This document shows positions 18,507-28,231 of a stretch of 64,000 bases of DNA, one piece after another. The stretch's first letter is position 1; each line of letters starts with the position of its first letter. A program made the translations under genes and the position numbers. The DNA is from Caldilineaceae bacterium (GTDB lineage: Bacteria > Chloroflexota > Anaerolineae > Caldilineales > Caldilineaceae): positions 7,875-71,874 of the forward strand of contig JAHBVF010000015.1 in the NCBI GenBank assembly GCA_019637685.1, written 5' to 3'. Below the pieces are notes generated by a model. That model searched no databases. It saw nothing but the letters and a program-made list of their open reading frames with translations, and was not told where the DNA came from.

Positions 18507-19316
18507 ATGATCCTGTATCTCATACGCCACGGCCAATCGTTTAACAACCAGCTGGGCGAAACCGTTCTGACTACCAATGGCGAGCTTGATCAGGACGCCT
18601 ACACCCGCTATATGAACAGCCGTGTAGCTGACCCAGAACTTACGGATAATGGCAAGAAACAGGCCGAGAAACTGGCCGAGTTTCTGCGTGAGGCCCGCCC
18701 CAAGCACAGGGCCACCCACGACGATCCCCCGGAAAGTGAACTGCGGGGAACCGATGTGCCCAATCGGCTGGGCATCAGCCGTATCTATTCCAGCCCTATG
18801 CTGCGTACATTGCAGACCAGCCAGCCCACAGCCACTGCATTGGGCGTGCAGCCGGAAGTCTGGACGGATATCCACGAGCACGGCGGGGTCTTCGACAACA
18901 GCGGTCCCGATGGTGTGGTTGTCGGCAAGCCCGGCCTGAGCCGCTCGGAAATCAACACCCTCTTCCCCGGCTATACTATCCCGGAAGCGCGCATCGGCGA
19001 GAATGGCTGGTGGTCCGGCGGCGAAGAGGATCGCCCGGACTGCGACGCCAGGGCCATACGGGTGGCCGCCCGCCTGCGGGCGATGGCCCTGGAATTCGGC
19101 AATGAGCGCATCGCGGCGGTGATGCACGGCACATTTATGGACAGTCTGATCAAAGCGATTCTGGGCCGCCTGCCCGGCAGCGATCTCCACTTCAGCCACT
19201 ACAATACGGGCATCACCCGCATTGACTATACCGAATCCTGGCAGGACAAAACACCGCTGGTGCTCGTTCGCTATACGAACCGTGTCGATCATTTGACACC
19301 CGATCTCATCACCTAA
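18507..19316 (+). CDS. histidine phosphatase family protein (phosphoglycerate mutase-like)
   Basis: Start MILYLIRHGQSFNNQ (RHG catalytic motif) with AAGGAG RBS 8 nt upstream. Track ORF start at 18318 rejected. Confidence 0.8.
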   Translation: MILYLIRHGQSFNNQLGETVLTTNGELDQDAYTRYMNSRVADPELTDNGKKQAEKLAEFLREARPKHRATHDDPPESELRGTDVPNRLGISRIYSSPMLRTLQTSQPTATALGVQPEVWTDIHEHGGVFDNSGPDGVVVGKPGLSRSEINTLFPGYTIPEARIGENGWWSGGEEDRPDCDARAIRVAARLRAMALEFGNERIAAVMHGTFMDSLIKAILGRLPGSDLHFSHYNTGITRIDYTESWQDKTPLVLVRYTNRVDHLTPDLIT

Positions 19317-19338
19317 TTCAATGTTTACAGGAGAACCG

Positions 19339-19995
19339 ATGACCCACCCCAAACCACTGATTATTGCCAGCGATCTGGAAGGCGTGCTTGTGCCCGAAAT
19401 CTGGATTGCCTTTGCCGAGGCAACGGGCATCGAAGAGTTGCGCCTGACCACCCGGGAAATCTCGGACTACGACAAACTGATGAAGATGCGCATGGATATC
19501 CTGCGCCAGCACAAACTGGGCATTGTCGATATCCAAAAGGTAATCGCCACCCTGCGCCCCCTGCCCGGCGCGGCAGACTTTGTTGCTTGGGTGCGCTCGC
19601 ACAGCCAGTTCATTATCATCTCCGACACTTTCTACGAATTTGCCGCGCCGCTGATGGCCCAGATGGATTTTCCGACGATCTTCTGCCATTCGCTGGTCAT
19701 CGACGGCGACAGAATGATCGAGGGCTATCGCATGCGGCTGGAACATCCCAAACGGCGCACAGTGGCCGCGCTGCACGATATCGGCTTCCGGGTTTTTGCT
19801 ATGGGCGATTCCTACAACGACATCGCAATGTTGCAGCTCGCCGACTATTCCATGCTCTTTGCACCGCCGGAGAATGTGGTGGCCGACTATCCCGACTTCC
19901 CCATTGCCCGCGCCTACGCGGATGTGCGGGCTTTTCTGGAAGCAAATGTGCTCACCCCCCTGCCCGCGGCCACGGGCGAACTCAATCCCGCCTAA
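19339..19995 (+). CDS. thrH: ThrH-like HAD phosphatase (phosphoserine phosphatase / homoserine phosphotransferase family)
   Basis: Close collinear similarity, as I recall it, to Pseudomonas ThrH (DLEGVLVPEIWIAFAE...ISDTFYEF...GDSYND). AGGAGA RBS before the ATG at 19339. Confidence 0.75.
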   Translation: MTHPKPLIIASDLEGVLVPEIWIAFAEATGIEELRLTTREISDYDKLMKMRMDILRQHKLGIVDIQKVIATLRPLPGAADFVAWVRSHSQFIIISDTFYEFAAPLMAQMDFPTIFCHSLVIDGDRMIEGYRMRLEHPKRRTVAALHDIGFRVFAMGDSYNDIAMLQLADYSMLFAPPENVVADYPDFPIARAYADVRAFLEANVLTPLPAATGELNPA

Positions 19996-20008
19996 ACGAA
20001 TGTCAAGC

Positions 20009-20067
20009 ACTGGAATATAACGGACACAGCGAAGGAAAAGGTGGCGACGCTTCACCTTTTCCTTCGC
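20009..20067. terminator. 25-bp perfect-stem hairpin (AACGGACACAGCGAAGGAAAAGGTG / CACCTTTTCCTTCGCTGTGTCCGTT) after thrH
   Basis: Read directly. 9-nt loop. Begins 14 nt after the thrH stop. Confidence 0.55.
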
Positions 20068-20241
20068 TGTGTCCGTTGGAATGGCTATTTGCGCTAAAGC
20101 TGCTGTGCCAATTGTGTGCCGCCTATCTTGAAAGAAACCCTCCTTCTGTGCTACGGTATTGGAAGCTATTATGTTGGGGCTGGGAAGTTAAGCTGATTTT
20201 TATTTTGTAGAATACTCTTGCCTAAGGTGCAGTAAGGTGCA

Positions 20242-20700
20242 GTGATGTCTTCGTCCACAGAAAGAGTTGAGGAGGGCAAAGGGAATGCCTATCGTCAGGT
20301 TGTACTCATCTCCGGCACAATCCTGGCCATCTCATACCCCTTGCTTGCCCTGTCCACCGGCGTGCGCGCGCTCTACCAGAGCTTTTCCATCGGCGGCATC
20401 GGCCCCGCCCTGAGTGGCGTGGCCGCGCTGTGCTACCTGACGGCTACTGTCGGCTTTGCCAAGCGCCAGCGCTGGGCCTGGCGGCTCTCCCTGGCCGTGC
20501 TGATCTTTGAGACAGCCATGACACTGCTCATCGGAACCCTCAGCTATCTCTACCCGGAGCTGGTTGGCCGCACAGTCTGGCGTCATTTCGGCGCGGACTA
20601 CGGCTACTTTCCCCTCTTTCAACCGCTAATCGGCCTGGTCTGGCTGATCTGGCCCGAAACCCGCCGAGCCTACGGGCTGCTGGGTGACAAGGCCGGATAA
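20242..20700 (+). CDS. hypothetical membrane protein
   Basis: 152 aa, 4 predicted TM segments. No family recognised. Confidence 0.45.
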   Translation: MMSSSTERVEEGKGNAYRQVVLISGTILAISYPLLALSTGVRALYQSFSIGGIGPALSGVAALCYLTATVGFAKRQRWAWRLSLAVLIFETAMTLLIGTLSYLYPELVGRTVWRHFGADYGYFPLFQPLIGLVWLIWPETRRAYGLLGDKAG

Positions 20701-20720
20701 AGGTCAGCCGGGATTCGATT

Positions 20721-22277
20721 ATGCGCATTCCCCTTAAAGTATTCAGTATCAGTGTGGCCCTGGCAATGTTGCTGCCCTTGGGCTATCTGATCCTGCGCGC
20801 AGGCAATGTGGGCACAGAAAAGGCCCTGGCCCTGGTGCTGCGCGCCAGCACGCTCCAGGTGATGGGCAACAGCGCCCTCCTCGCCGTCTCAGTGACGGCT
20901 ATCTCCCTGGCCCTCTCCTTGCCCCTGGCCTGGCTGACTGTGCGCACTGACCTGCCCTGGCGTCGGGGTTGGACAGTGCTGGCCACAATGCCCCTGGTCA
21001 TCCCCTCCTATGTGGGCGGCTTTGCCCTGGTGGCGATGATGGGGCCACGGGGCATGGTGCAGGAGCTGCTCGCCCCCCTGGGCGTGGAACGGCTGCCCTC
21101 TATCTATGGCTTCCCCGGCGCGCTCTGGGCACTGACCCTCTTCACCTATCCCTATCTCTATCTGAGCATCCGCACCGGCCTGCACAACCTGGACCCCGCG
21201 CTGGAAGAGGCAGCCCGCTCGCTGGGCTACAGCGGATTGCGCACCTTTTGGCAGGTCACAATCCCCAACCTGCGCCCGGCCATCACCGCGGGCGCTCTGC
21301 TGGTGCTGCTCTACACCCTCAGCGATTTTGGCGCGGTCTCCCTCCTGCGCTTCAACAGCTTTACCCGGGCCATTTATATCCAATACCTGAGCAGCTTTGA
21401 CCGCAGCCTGGCTTCGATGCTCTCGTTGATTCTGGTGCTGATGACCGTGCTGATTCTCATCGCCGAGCGGCGTTCCCGGGGGCGCATCCGCTACTACCGC
21501 AGCAGCGCAGGGGTCATGCGGCGCAGACGCCCCATAACCCTGGGCCGCTGGCGTTGGCCCGCGCTGATCTTCTGCGGGCTGGTGGTGATCGCAGCCCTCC
21601 TGTCACCCACTGGGGTCATTGTCTTCTGGCTGTTGCGGGGGCTGGCCGCGGGCGACTCGCTGCAACCCGTGTGGGAGGCCGCCCGCAACAGTCTCTACGC
21701 CGCGGGGCTGGCCGCGGGGGCCGCGATTGTGCTGGCCGTGCCCGTGGCCTATTCCAGTGGCCGCTACCCGTCCCGCTGGACCAGTCTGATCACCCAGTCG
21801 GTCTATGTGGGCTATGGCCTGCCGGGGATTGTCATCGCCCTGAGTTTGGTCTTTTTCGGGGCCAATTACGCGCCCTGGATTTATCAGACCCTGGCCATGC
21901 TTGTCTTTGCCTATGTGGTGCGCTTTTTGCCCCAGGCCGTGGGCAGCGTGCAGAGCTGTCTGGAGCAGATCAGCCCCCGGCTGGAGGAGGCGGCACGCAG
22001 TTTAGGGCTGAACCGTCCGCGGGTTTTCCTGCGGGTCACCGCGCCCCTGCTCCGCCCCGGCATTCTGACAGGCACGGCACTGGTCTTTCTGACCACAATC
22101 AAAGAGCTGCCCGCCACGCTTCTGTTGGGGCCAACTGGCTTTTCCACCCTGGCCACCCAAATCTGGTCGGCCACCGACGAGGCCTTCTTTGCCCGCGCGG
22201 CCATGCCCGCGCTGCTGCTGTTGCTGATTTCCGCGCTGAGTATCTTTCTGATTCTCAGCCAGGATAGTATTGATTGA
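20721..22277 (+). CDS. iron(III)/thiamine-type ABC transporter permease (two fused permease domains, FbpB-like)
   Basis: 518 aa with two EAA-like permease repeats (EEAARSLGYSGLRTFWQVT.. and EEAARSLGLNRPRVFLRVT..). Confidence 0.8.
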   Translation: MRIPLKVFSISVALAMLLPLGYLILRAGNVGTEKALALVLRASTLQVMGNSALLAVSVTAISLALSLPLAWLTVRTDLPWRRGWTVLATMPLVIPSYVGGFALVAMMGPRGMVQELLAPLGVERLPSIYGFPGALWALTLFTYPYLYLSIRTGLHNLDPALEEAARSLGYSGLRTFWQVTIPNLRPAITAGALLVLLYTLSDFGAVSLLRFNSFTRAIYIQYLSSFDRSLASMLSLILVLMTVLILIAERRSRGRIRYYRSSAGVMRRRRPITLGRWRWPALIFCGLVVIAALLSPTGVIVFWLLRGLAAGDSLQPVWEAARNSLYAAGLAAGAAIVLAVPVAYSSGRYPSRWTSLITQSVYVGYGLPGIVIALSLVFFGANYAPWIYQTLAMLVFAYVVRFLPQAVGSVQSCLEQISPRLEEAARSLGLNRPRVFLRVTAPLLRPGILTGTALVFLTTIKELPATLLLGPTGFSTLATQIWSATDEAFFARAAMPALLLLLISALSIFLILSQDSID

Positions 22278-23344
22278 AAGAGGAATTGATGAACCAACAA
22301 CCCCGCGTCCCCAACGAAATCGGCGTCAAACTGGACAATGTAACCAAACGCTTTGGCGCGGTGGGTGCGGCCAACGGCGTCTCTTTTGGCCTGGAGCAAG
22401 GCCATCTGCTCGCCCTGCTCGGCCCCAGCGGCTGCGGCAAGACCACCACCCTGCGCCTGATCGCGGGGTTCGAGCGTGCGGACGAAGGCCGGATCGAAAT
22501 CGGGGGTCAACTGGTGGCCGGTCCCCGCCAGCACCGCCCGCCGGAGAAACGCCGGGTGGGAATGGTTTTCCAGGAATACGCGCTTTTCCCCCACGTCAAT
22601 GTGTGGCAAAATGTAGACTTCGGGCTGGAAAAATTTGAGAAAAGTCGCCGACGGCAGCGGGTGGGCGAAGTGCTGGACCTGGTGGGGCTGGCTGGCCTGG
22701 GTGAACGCATGCCCCACGAGCTGAGCGGCGGCCAACAGCAGCGGGTGGCTCTGGCCCGTGCCCTGGCCCCAGAGCCAGACCTGATTCTGCTGGATGAACC
22801 CTTCAGCAATCTGGACGCGGGGCTGCGGGTGCGGGTGCGGGCCGAGGTCCGCGCAATTTTGAAGCAGGCCGGTGCTACGGCCATCTTTGTCACCCACGAT
22901 CAGGAAGAGGCCCTGAGTCTGGTAGACGAAGTGGCTGTGATGCTCAATGGCCGGGTCTGCCAGATGGCCTCGCCCCAGAAGCTCTATCGCCAGCCAGTGA
23001 GCCGGGACGTGGCCACTTTTATCGGTGACGCCAACTTCCTTCCCGGCGAGAGCCGTGGCCGACAGATCGAAACGCTGCTGGGCACGCTGGAGAGCCAGGT
23101 CCCCGTGGATGGGCCGGTGGATGTGTTGGTGCGCCCGGAAAATATAGAGATCAGCCCGGCCCCGTCCGCCACCCACGTCCACCGGGTACGGCAGCAACTG
23201 TTCTTTGGTCACGATCAATTGATCACCGTCCAACTGGCGAGCGGTGAAGCCATCGATGTCCGTCTTGGACCCGCCTACACATTTGCCATCAATCAACCCG
23301 TCACCGTGCGCGTGCGCGGCCCCGTGATGGCCTATCCCAGATAG
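22274..23344 (+). CDS. ABC transporter ATP-binding protein (FbpC/PotA-like)
   Basis: GPSGCGKTT Walker [16 protein letters not shown] signature, [12 protein letters not shown] Walker B, C-terminal TOBE-like domain. Overlaps permease stop by 4 nt. Confidence 0.85.
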   Translation: MKEELMNQQPRVPNEIGVKLDNVTKRFGAVGAANGVSFGLEQGHLLALLGPSGCGKTTTLRLIAGFERADEGRIEIGGQLVAGPRQHRPPEKRRVGMVFQEYALFPHVNVWQNVDFGLEKFEKSRRRQRVGEVLDLVGLAGLGERMPHELSGGQQQRVALARALAPEPDLILLDEPFSNLDAGLRVRVRAEVRAILKQAGATAIFVTHDQEEALSLVDEVAVMLNGRVCQMASPQKLYRQPVSRDVATFIGDANFLPGESRGRQIETLLGTLESQVPVDGPVDVLVRPENIEISPAPSATHVHRVRQQLFFGHDQLITVQLASGEAIDVRLGPAYTFAINQPVTVRVRGPVMAYPR

Positions 23345-23361
23345 CGAGGAAACCAAACCTT

Positions 23362-24930
23362 ATGCTCAATTCTCCTGTTGTCGAAGCCGCGCCGGAAGAT
23401 CGCCCCCGCCCCCGCATATCGGACCCGGCCCTGATGGTCATCTTTGGGGCATCGGGCGATCTGGCCCAGCGCAAGTTGTTGCCCGCGCTCTACAATCTGG
23501 TGCAAAAGGGGCTGCTGCCCAAGGATTTCACGATTGTTGGGTATTCCCGCACTGGCTACAGCGACGAAGAATATCGGGAGTTTGCCAAAGTCGGCGTGAA
23601 AGAACACGCGGATGTGGAGTTCCGGGAAGATGACTGGCAGCAATTTTCCCAGGGCATCTTCTATGTCTCCGGCAACTACGACGATCCCGCGGGGTTTGCC
23701 CGGTTGAAGGAGTGTATTGCCGAACGGGAGCAAGGCCGCCACACGGGTCACAACCGGCTGTTCTACCTGGCCACCCCCCCGTCTGTCTACGAGCCGGTCT
23801 CCACCCAACTGGGCCAGGCCAATCTGGTGCATCCGGCGGACGAGGAATGCTGGACCCGACTGGTGGTGGAGAAGCCCTTTGGCCGGGATCGGGCCAGCGC
23901 CCACGCCCTCAACGAGCATCTGCTCAGCATCTTTGACGAAGAACAGGTCTACCGCATCGACCACTACCTGGGCAAGGAGACGGTGCAGAACATTCTCGTT
24001 TTTCGCTTTGCCAACGGCATTCTGGAGCCGATCTGGAACCGGAACTACGTGGATCACGTGCAGATTACCGTCGCCGAAAGTATCGGTCTGGAGCGACGGG
24101 GCGGATATTACGACAAATCCGGTGCGCTGCGGGATATGGTGCAGAACCACATGCTCCAGCTGGTCTCTCTGGTGGGGATGGAGCCGCCTGTGGCCTTCGA
24201 CGCCAAGGCCGTGCGCGACCAGAAGGTGAATCTGCTGCGCAGCATTCGCCCCCTGGCCCCGGAAGAGGTGGGCCAATATGTGGTGCGCGCTCAGTATGGC
24301 CCGGGGGAGGTGAACGGCGAACACCTGCCCTCCTACCGGGATGAGGAGGGGGTCGCGCCGGAATCGACGACCGAGACATTTGTGGCCTGGAAGTTGGAGA
24401 TCGACAACTGGCGCTGGAATGGGGTTCCCTTCTATCTGCGCACGGGCAAGGCCCTGCCCCAGAAGGTGTCGGAGATCGCCATCTATTTCCGCCGCGCCCC
24501 CCACCTGCTCTTTGCCTCTGCCGAAGACAGCAAGCAGATCAGCCGCAACGTCCTGCTCATTCGCATCCAGCCCGACGAAGGCATCAGCCTGAAGATCAGC
24601 GCCAAACTGCCGGGGCCATCGGTCAAATTGCAGCCGGTCAATATGGCCTTCCACTACGGCAGCAGCTTTGGATCCACCCCGCCCGACGCCTACCAGCGCC
24701 TGCTGCTGGATGTGGTGCTGGGGGACGGCACGCTCTTTACCCGCCGGGATGAGGTGGAAGTGGCCTGGGATCGGGTGACCCGGGTGTTGGAGGGCTGGCA
24801 GATGCAGGAGGAGCAAGCCCAGGCCCAGGGCGTTCCCCTTCGCCTGCCCACCTACGAAGCCGGCACGTGGGGGCCAGCCGCGGCCGAGGAACTGTTGGGG
24901 CAAGAAGATCAGAACTGGCGGAAACCGTAA
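23362..24930 (+). CDS. zwf: glucose-6-phosphate 1-dehydrogenase
   Basis: [15 protein letters not shown] motif, RIDHYLGKE active-site motif, 522 aa. Confidence 0.9.
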   Translation: MLNSPVVEAAPEDRPRPRISDPALMVIFGASGDLAQRKLLPALYNLVQKGLLPKDFTIVGYSRTGYSDEEYREFAKVGVKEHADVEFREDDWQQFSQGIFYVSGNYDDPAGFARLKECIAEREQGRHTGHNRLFYLATPPSVYEPVSTQLGQANLVHPADEECWTRLVVEKPFGRDRASAHALNEHLLSIFDEEQVYRIDHYLGKETVQNILVFRFANGILEPIWNRNYVDHVQITVAESIGLERRGGYYDKSGALRDMVQNHMLQLVSLVGMEPPVAFDAKAVRDQKVNLLRSIRPLAPEEVGQYVVRAQYGPGEVNGEHLPSYRDEEGVAPESTTETFVAWKLEIDNWRWNGVPFYLRTGKALPQKVSEIAIYFRRAPHLLFASAEDSKQISRNVLLIRIQPDEGISLKISAKLPGPSVKLQPVNMAFHYGSSFGSTPPDAYQRLLLDVVLGDGTLFTRRDEVEVAWDRVTRVLEGWQMQEEQAQAQGVPLRLPTYEAGTWGPAAAEELLGQEDQNWRKP

Positions 24931-24944
24931 AAATACAGGTCCTT

Positions 24945-25090
24945 TGGGAATTCAGGGGGTCTGGTATCAACCGTCTAGATCAGCGCTGATTGAGTAGACT
25001 GGAGCCGTTACCAGCCATATCGAAATCAAGCGGGTTACCCCTGAATTCCTGTTGAGCCAAAACACAGAAATGTGAGTGGAAACTTCCGCA
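24945..25090. terminator. convergent-gene terminator region with long-range inverted repeat GGGAATTCAGGGGGT / ACCCCTGAATTCC
   Basis: Inverted repeat enclosing ~80 nt between zwf (+) and the 916-aa membrane protein gene (-). Confidence 0.35.
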
Positions 25091-25093
25091 CGC

Positions 25094-27844
25094 CTACGGC
25101 GCTGGCACGACAAAGGGGATAACCAGCGCATCGGGTGTAAACGCTGCCTCGACTCCCGGCGCGGGTGCAAAGGCCAACCGCGCGCCGCTGGCCGGGTCGT
25201 AGAGGCCGATTTGGATTGTATACGGCCCAGGCAGCAAGTCCTGGGGCAGGGTCAGCGTACGCCGATCGATATAGCGTTTGCCCGCCTGCCAGGTGGGGAT
25301 GGGCGCAATCCCGGCCAGCGGCGCACCGTCCCACTGGGCCAGCCGATTGCCTGCTGCGTCCAGCAAATGGATAAAGAACGAATAGTCTGTTCCGGCTGCG
25401 CCCGTTGTCGTCCAACCTGTGCTCGTCCAATAGGTGCGCAGGATGGGTCCCCCCGGCGCGGGCAGCAGATCGTATCCCTGCAAAGCCAGTCCATCGCCCA
25501 CAGTCGCCGGGGCTACAAATTGGGGCTGCGGCTGGCCGCGGCCCACCGGCAAGGGGGCAATTCCCACCTGCCCTATCGCCACCAGTCCGTCTGCCGCATT
25601 TTCGATGGGCAGCCGCGCCCCCGCCTCTGTCACCAGCCCCACAGCCAGCGAAAAATTGCCCGGCGGCTGATCCACTGGCACAGCCAGGCGCAGATCGTCC
25701 ACATAATAGAGCGCGGGCAGCCAGGCCGTGGTTGGGATATGCCCTGGGTTCTGGTTTTGCGTAATCGCCCAGGAAGTCTTGCGATCCACCGAGTAGAGGT
25801 GGAGGAAGCTGTGCAGGGGCTGGTCCAGCGGCGCTACCGGCTGCCAGTAGAGCCGCACGCCCACACTGTCCCCCGGCTGGGGCGTGCCCCGATAGAGCGG
25901 GTCCCAGCCCAGCAGACGCACCTGGCCGCTCCCCGCGCTGCCCACCAGCACAGCCAGGGAATGGACCGCCTCTCTCACCTGATCCGGCGGCGACAGGGGC
26001 TGAAACCAGCCGACGCCGCTCGTTGCAATCCCCCCGCGCGCCAGCCAGAACAGACAGAGCAGGACAGTCACAGCCCACCCCCCCGGGGGCACAGTGGTTT
26101 CCGGCAACGAGGATAGTTGACCCGCATCAGCCGCGGCCCCGCGACCGCGGCCCCCGGCCACGGCCAGCAGCAGCCAGATCACCAGCCCCAGCACAGACCC
26201 CATCTCCCCCCGGCGTTGCCAGGGGGTTCCCACCCATTGCAGCCGCAACGGGCCGTCCAGTTCTCCGACGTCCACCGCCAGCAGCCCCTGGGCTGTAGGC
26301 TCGGTCGGCAAAGGGCCGTTCTTGGCTGTGACCTGCCAGGCGGGGAAGTAATGCAGGGGCAGTATCAAGCGGGTTCTGGCCGGTTGGGAATTGGCAATCC
26401 CCTGGGGAAGGGCAATCTCGGCCCGATGGGGCGTCTGCCAGACAATAGCCACCGGGGAAGTGTGGGGCGGGGTTGCGCGGGTGGCCGTGGCCAGATCGGC
26501 CCAGCGGGGCAGGAATTCATTGCCGCTGGTCATCCCCCACAGATTGTTCTCTGCTTCCGCGGCCTGTGTGTCCGCGGGGGTCAGGACAGAAAAGGGCACA
26601 AAGGGGTGGCGGGGGAACAGCATAGGGCTGGTGGCCAATACAGTGACAGCCACAAACAACAGCCCGGCCCCACCCCGCCATCCAACAGGAAGCCCGGCCA
26701 CGGCGGCTGCACCGGCCAGGGCCGCGGCCAGACCAGCCAGGGGCAAGAGCCGGGAAGGAAACTGGAGTAGCTTCAGACCGGGCAGCCAGACCCACAGAGG
26801 ATCGGCGCTGGGCACGGTCAGGAACAGCAACCCCACGAAGAGAGACGCGCCCGTCAGCGCCCAAAAGCCCGCCCCATCCTTGCCCCTGCGGCGCGCGCGC
26901 ATTCGGCGAAAGCTGACAACCAATCCCACAATTGTGCCTGCCCCAACCGCGAGCCAGGCGGGCCAGCCCGGCGCGTGGGGAAAGGGGGGATTGGCCGCCC
27001 GCTGATCAAAGGCGCGGATGGGGGCCAGGAGTTCGGGCCAACTGAGAAAGTATTGGCTGTAGTGGAAGAAGTCCTGCTGCAAATTCTGCACCTGCACCAG
27101 CCCCACATCCCCCAGCGCGGGCAGCCAGAAGAGAGCGCTGAGCAGCGCGGCCACCACCGCGGCCAGCGCGCCGCGCACAAAGCCCCACCCATTGCCCGTG
27201 TGGAGCCAGAACAGCAGCCAGTAGACGAGCAGAAAAGCCGCGCCGATCATTGCCGTCAGGTTGTGGGCCAGGACGAGCAGGGCCAGGCAGAGAGGGGCCA
27301 ACAGCCAGTAGCCAGGCCGGTTCTCTTGGGCCAGCGCGGTGAAGGCCCACAGGGAAAGGGGCAGGATCAGAATGGCCAGGAGTTGGGGATAATCTCCCTG
27401 GAAGTAGAATTCCCGAAAAATGTGGGGCTGGGTGAGGAAGAGCAGCGCGCCGATCAGACCGGCCAGGGGGTGCAAGAGCCGACGCAGCCAGCCATAGACT
27501 GCCAGCCCGGAGAGCGCAAAGGCGGCGGTGATCACCAGCTTGGCGGCCACGTCCAGGGCCAGCCCCAGGCAGTGCAGACCGGCGCTGAGCAAGTAGAAGA
27601 GCGGGCTGTAATAGTGGAAGGTGGGTGCGCCCAGCCCCCCGTAGAGTTCGGGAAACCAACGGGGCCAGAACAGGCCAGCGCGCCAAGAACGGGTCACCGC
27701 GGCCACCCGGTGCATGTGCAGTGCCCCGTCCGCGCTGTTGGGCAGCCCCGGCGCTCCCCACAGCGGGGCGACGAGCAGGCCAGCCAGAAGGGCAATGGTG
27801 AGAGTGGGCCAGAATGGGCCAAGGCGTTTGGCCGCGCTACGCAT
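25094..27844 (-). CDS. large polytopic membrane protein, possible GT-C fold glycosyltransferase (PMT/ArnT-like)
   Basis: 916 aa. >12 predicted TM helices in the N-terminal two-thirds, with FxYYSPLFY motif after the first helix. C-terminal ~350-aa soluble domain. Family assignment tentative. Confidence 0.55.
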   Translation of the reverse strand: MRSAAKRLGPFWPTLTIALLAGLLVAPLWGAPGLPNSADGALHMHRVAAVTRSWRAGLFWPRWFPELYGGLGAPTFHYYSPLFYLLSAGLHCLGLALDVAAKLVITAAFALSGLAVYGWLRRLLHPLAGLIGALLFLTQPHIFREFYFQGDYPQLLAILILPLSLWAFTALAQENRPGYWLLAPLCLALLVLAHNLTAMIGAAFLLVYWLLFWLHTGNGWGFVRGALAAVVAALLSALFWLPALGDVGLVQVQNLQQDFFHYSQYFLSWPELLAPIRAFDQRAANPPFPHAPGWPAWLAVGAGTIVGLVVSFRRMRARRRGKDGAGFWALTGASLFVGLLFLTVPSADPLWVWLPGLKLLQFPSRLLPLAGLAAALAGAAAVAGLPVGWRGGAGLLFVAVTVLATSPMLFPRHPFVPFSVLTPADTQAAEAENNLWGMTSGNEFLPRWADLATATRATPPHTSPVAIVWQTPHRAEIALPQGIANSQPARTRLILPLHYFPAWQVTAKNGPLPTEPTAQGLLAVDVGELDGPLRLQWVGTPWQRRGEMGSVLGLVIWLLLAVAGGRGRGAAADAGQLSSLPETTVPPGGWAVTVLLCLFWLARGGIATSGVGWFQPLSPPDQVREAVHSLAVLVGSAGSGQVRLLGWDPLYRGTPQPGDSVGVRLYWQPVAPLDQPLHSFLHLYSVDRKTSWAITQNQNPGHIPTTAWLPALYYVDDLRLAVPVDQPPGNFSLAVGLVTEAGARLPIENAADGLVAIGQVGIAPLPVGRGQPQPQFVAPATVGDGLALQGYDLLPAPGGPILRTYWTSTGWTTTGAAGTDYSFFIHLLDAAGNRLAQWDGAPLAGIAPIPTWQAGKRYIDRRTLTLPQDLLPGPYTIQIGLYDPASGARLAFAPAPGVEAAFTPDALVIPFVVPAP

Positions 27845-28003
27845 GGGGTGCTCCGCATTCGGTGGTCAAATCGGTTGTGTCAAGTTGGTTGTGCCAAGTC
27901 GTATAGCTTACGTTAGCACAGCTACTGGTGGCTTCCAAACGGGCATTTGCGCGTGTTCACCCCGCCGTTTGCACCACAGTTTACATCGCCATTTACACCA
28001 CAG

Positions 28004-28116
28004 GCGACACGACCGGCTGACACCGATAGCAGTGAAAATCATCCACAGATAGCACAGATTTTCACAGGTTGAATCCGTGTTCCCTTTTATCCGTGTATAC
28101 AACCCTATTTTCAGAA
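28004..28116. repeat. ~105-nt conserved 5'-leader element, copy 1 (upstream of glgP)
   Basis: CGACACGACCGGCTGACACCGATAGCAGTGAAAATCATCCACAGAT...GAATCCGTGTTCCCTTTTATCCGTGTATACAACCCTATTTTCAGAACAG. >90% identical to 45803-45904. Confidence 0.65.
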
Positions 28117-28231
28117 CAGTTCACACCATCCAATACGGGAAAAGTTGGCGTGATCGTGCCTTGTCGAGTACAATCGACAAGAGATTGCCATGCAACCGGT
28201 TGCCCGAATGCGCCTACAGGGAGAAAACTTT

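Noticed and set aside
18474-20055. 325-aa and 245-aa minus-strand ORFs
   Set aside because: Antisense to histidine phosphatase and thrH.
21911-24903. 481-aa and 523-aa minus-strand ORFs
   Set aside because: Antisense to the ABC permease/ATPase and zwf.
25076-27916. 346-aa and 313-aa plus-strand ORFs
   Set aside because: Antisense to the 916-aa membrane protein gene.
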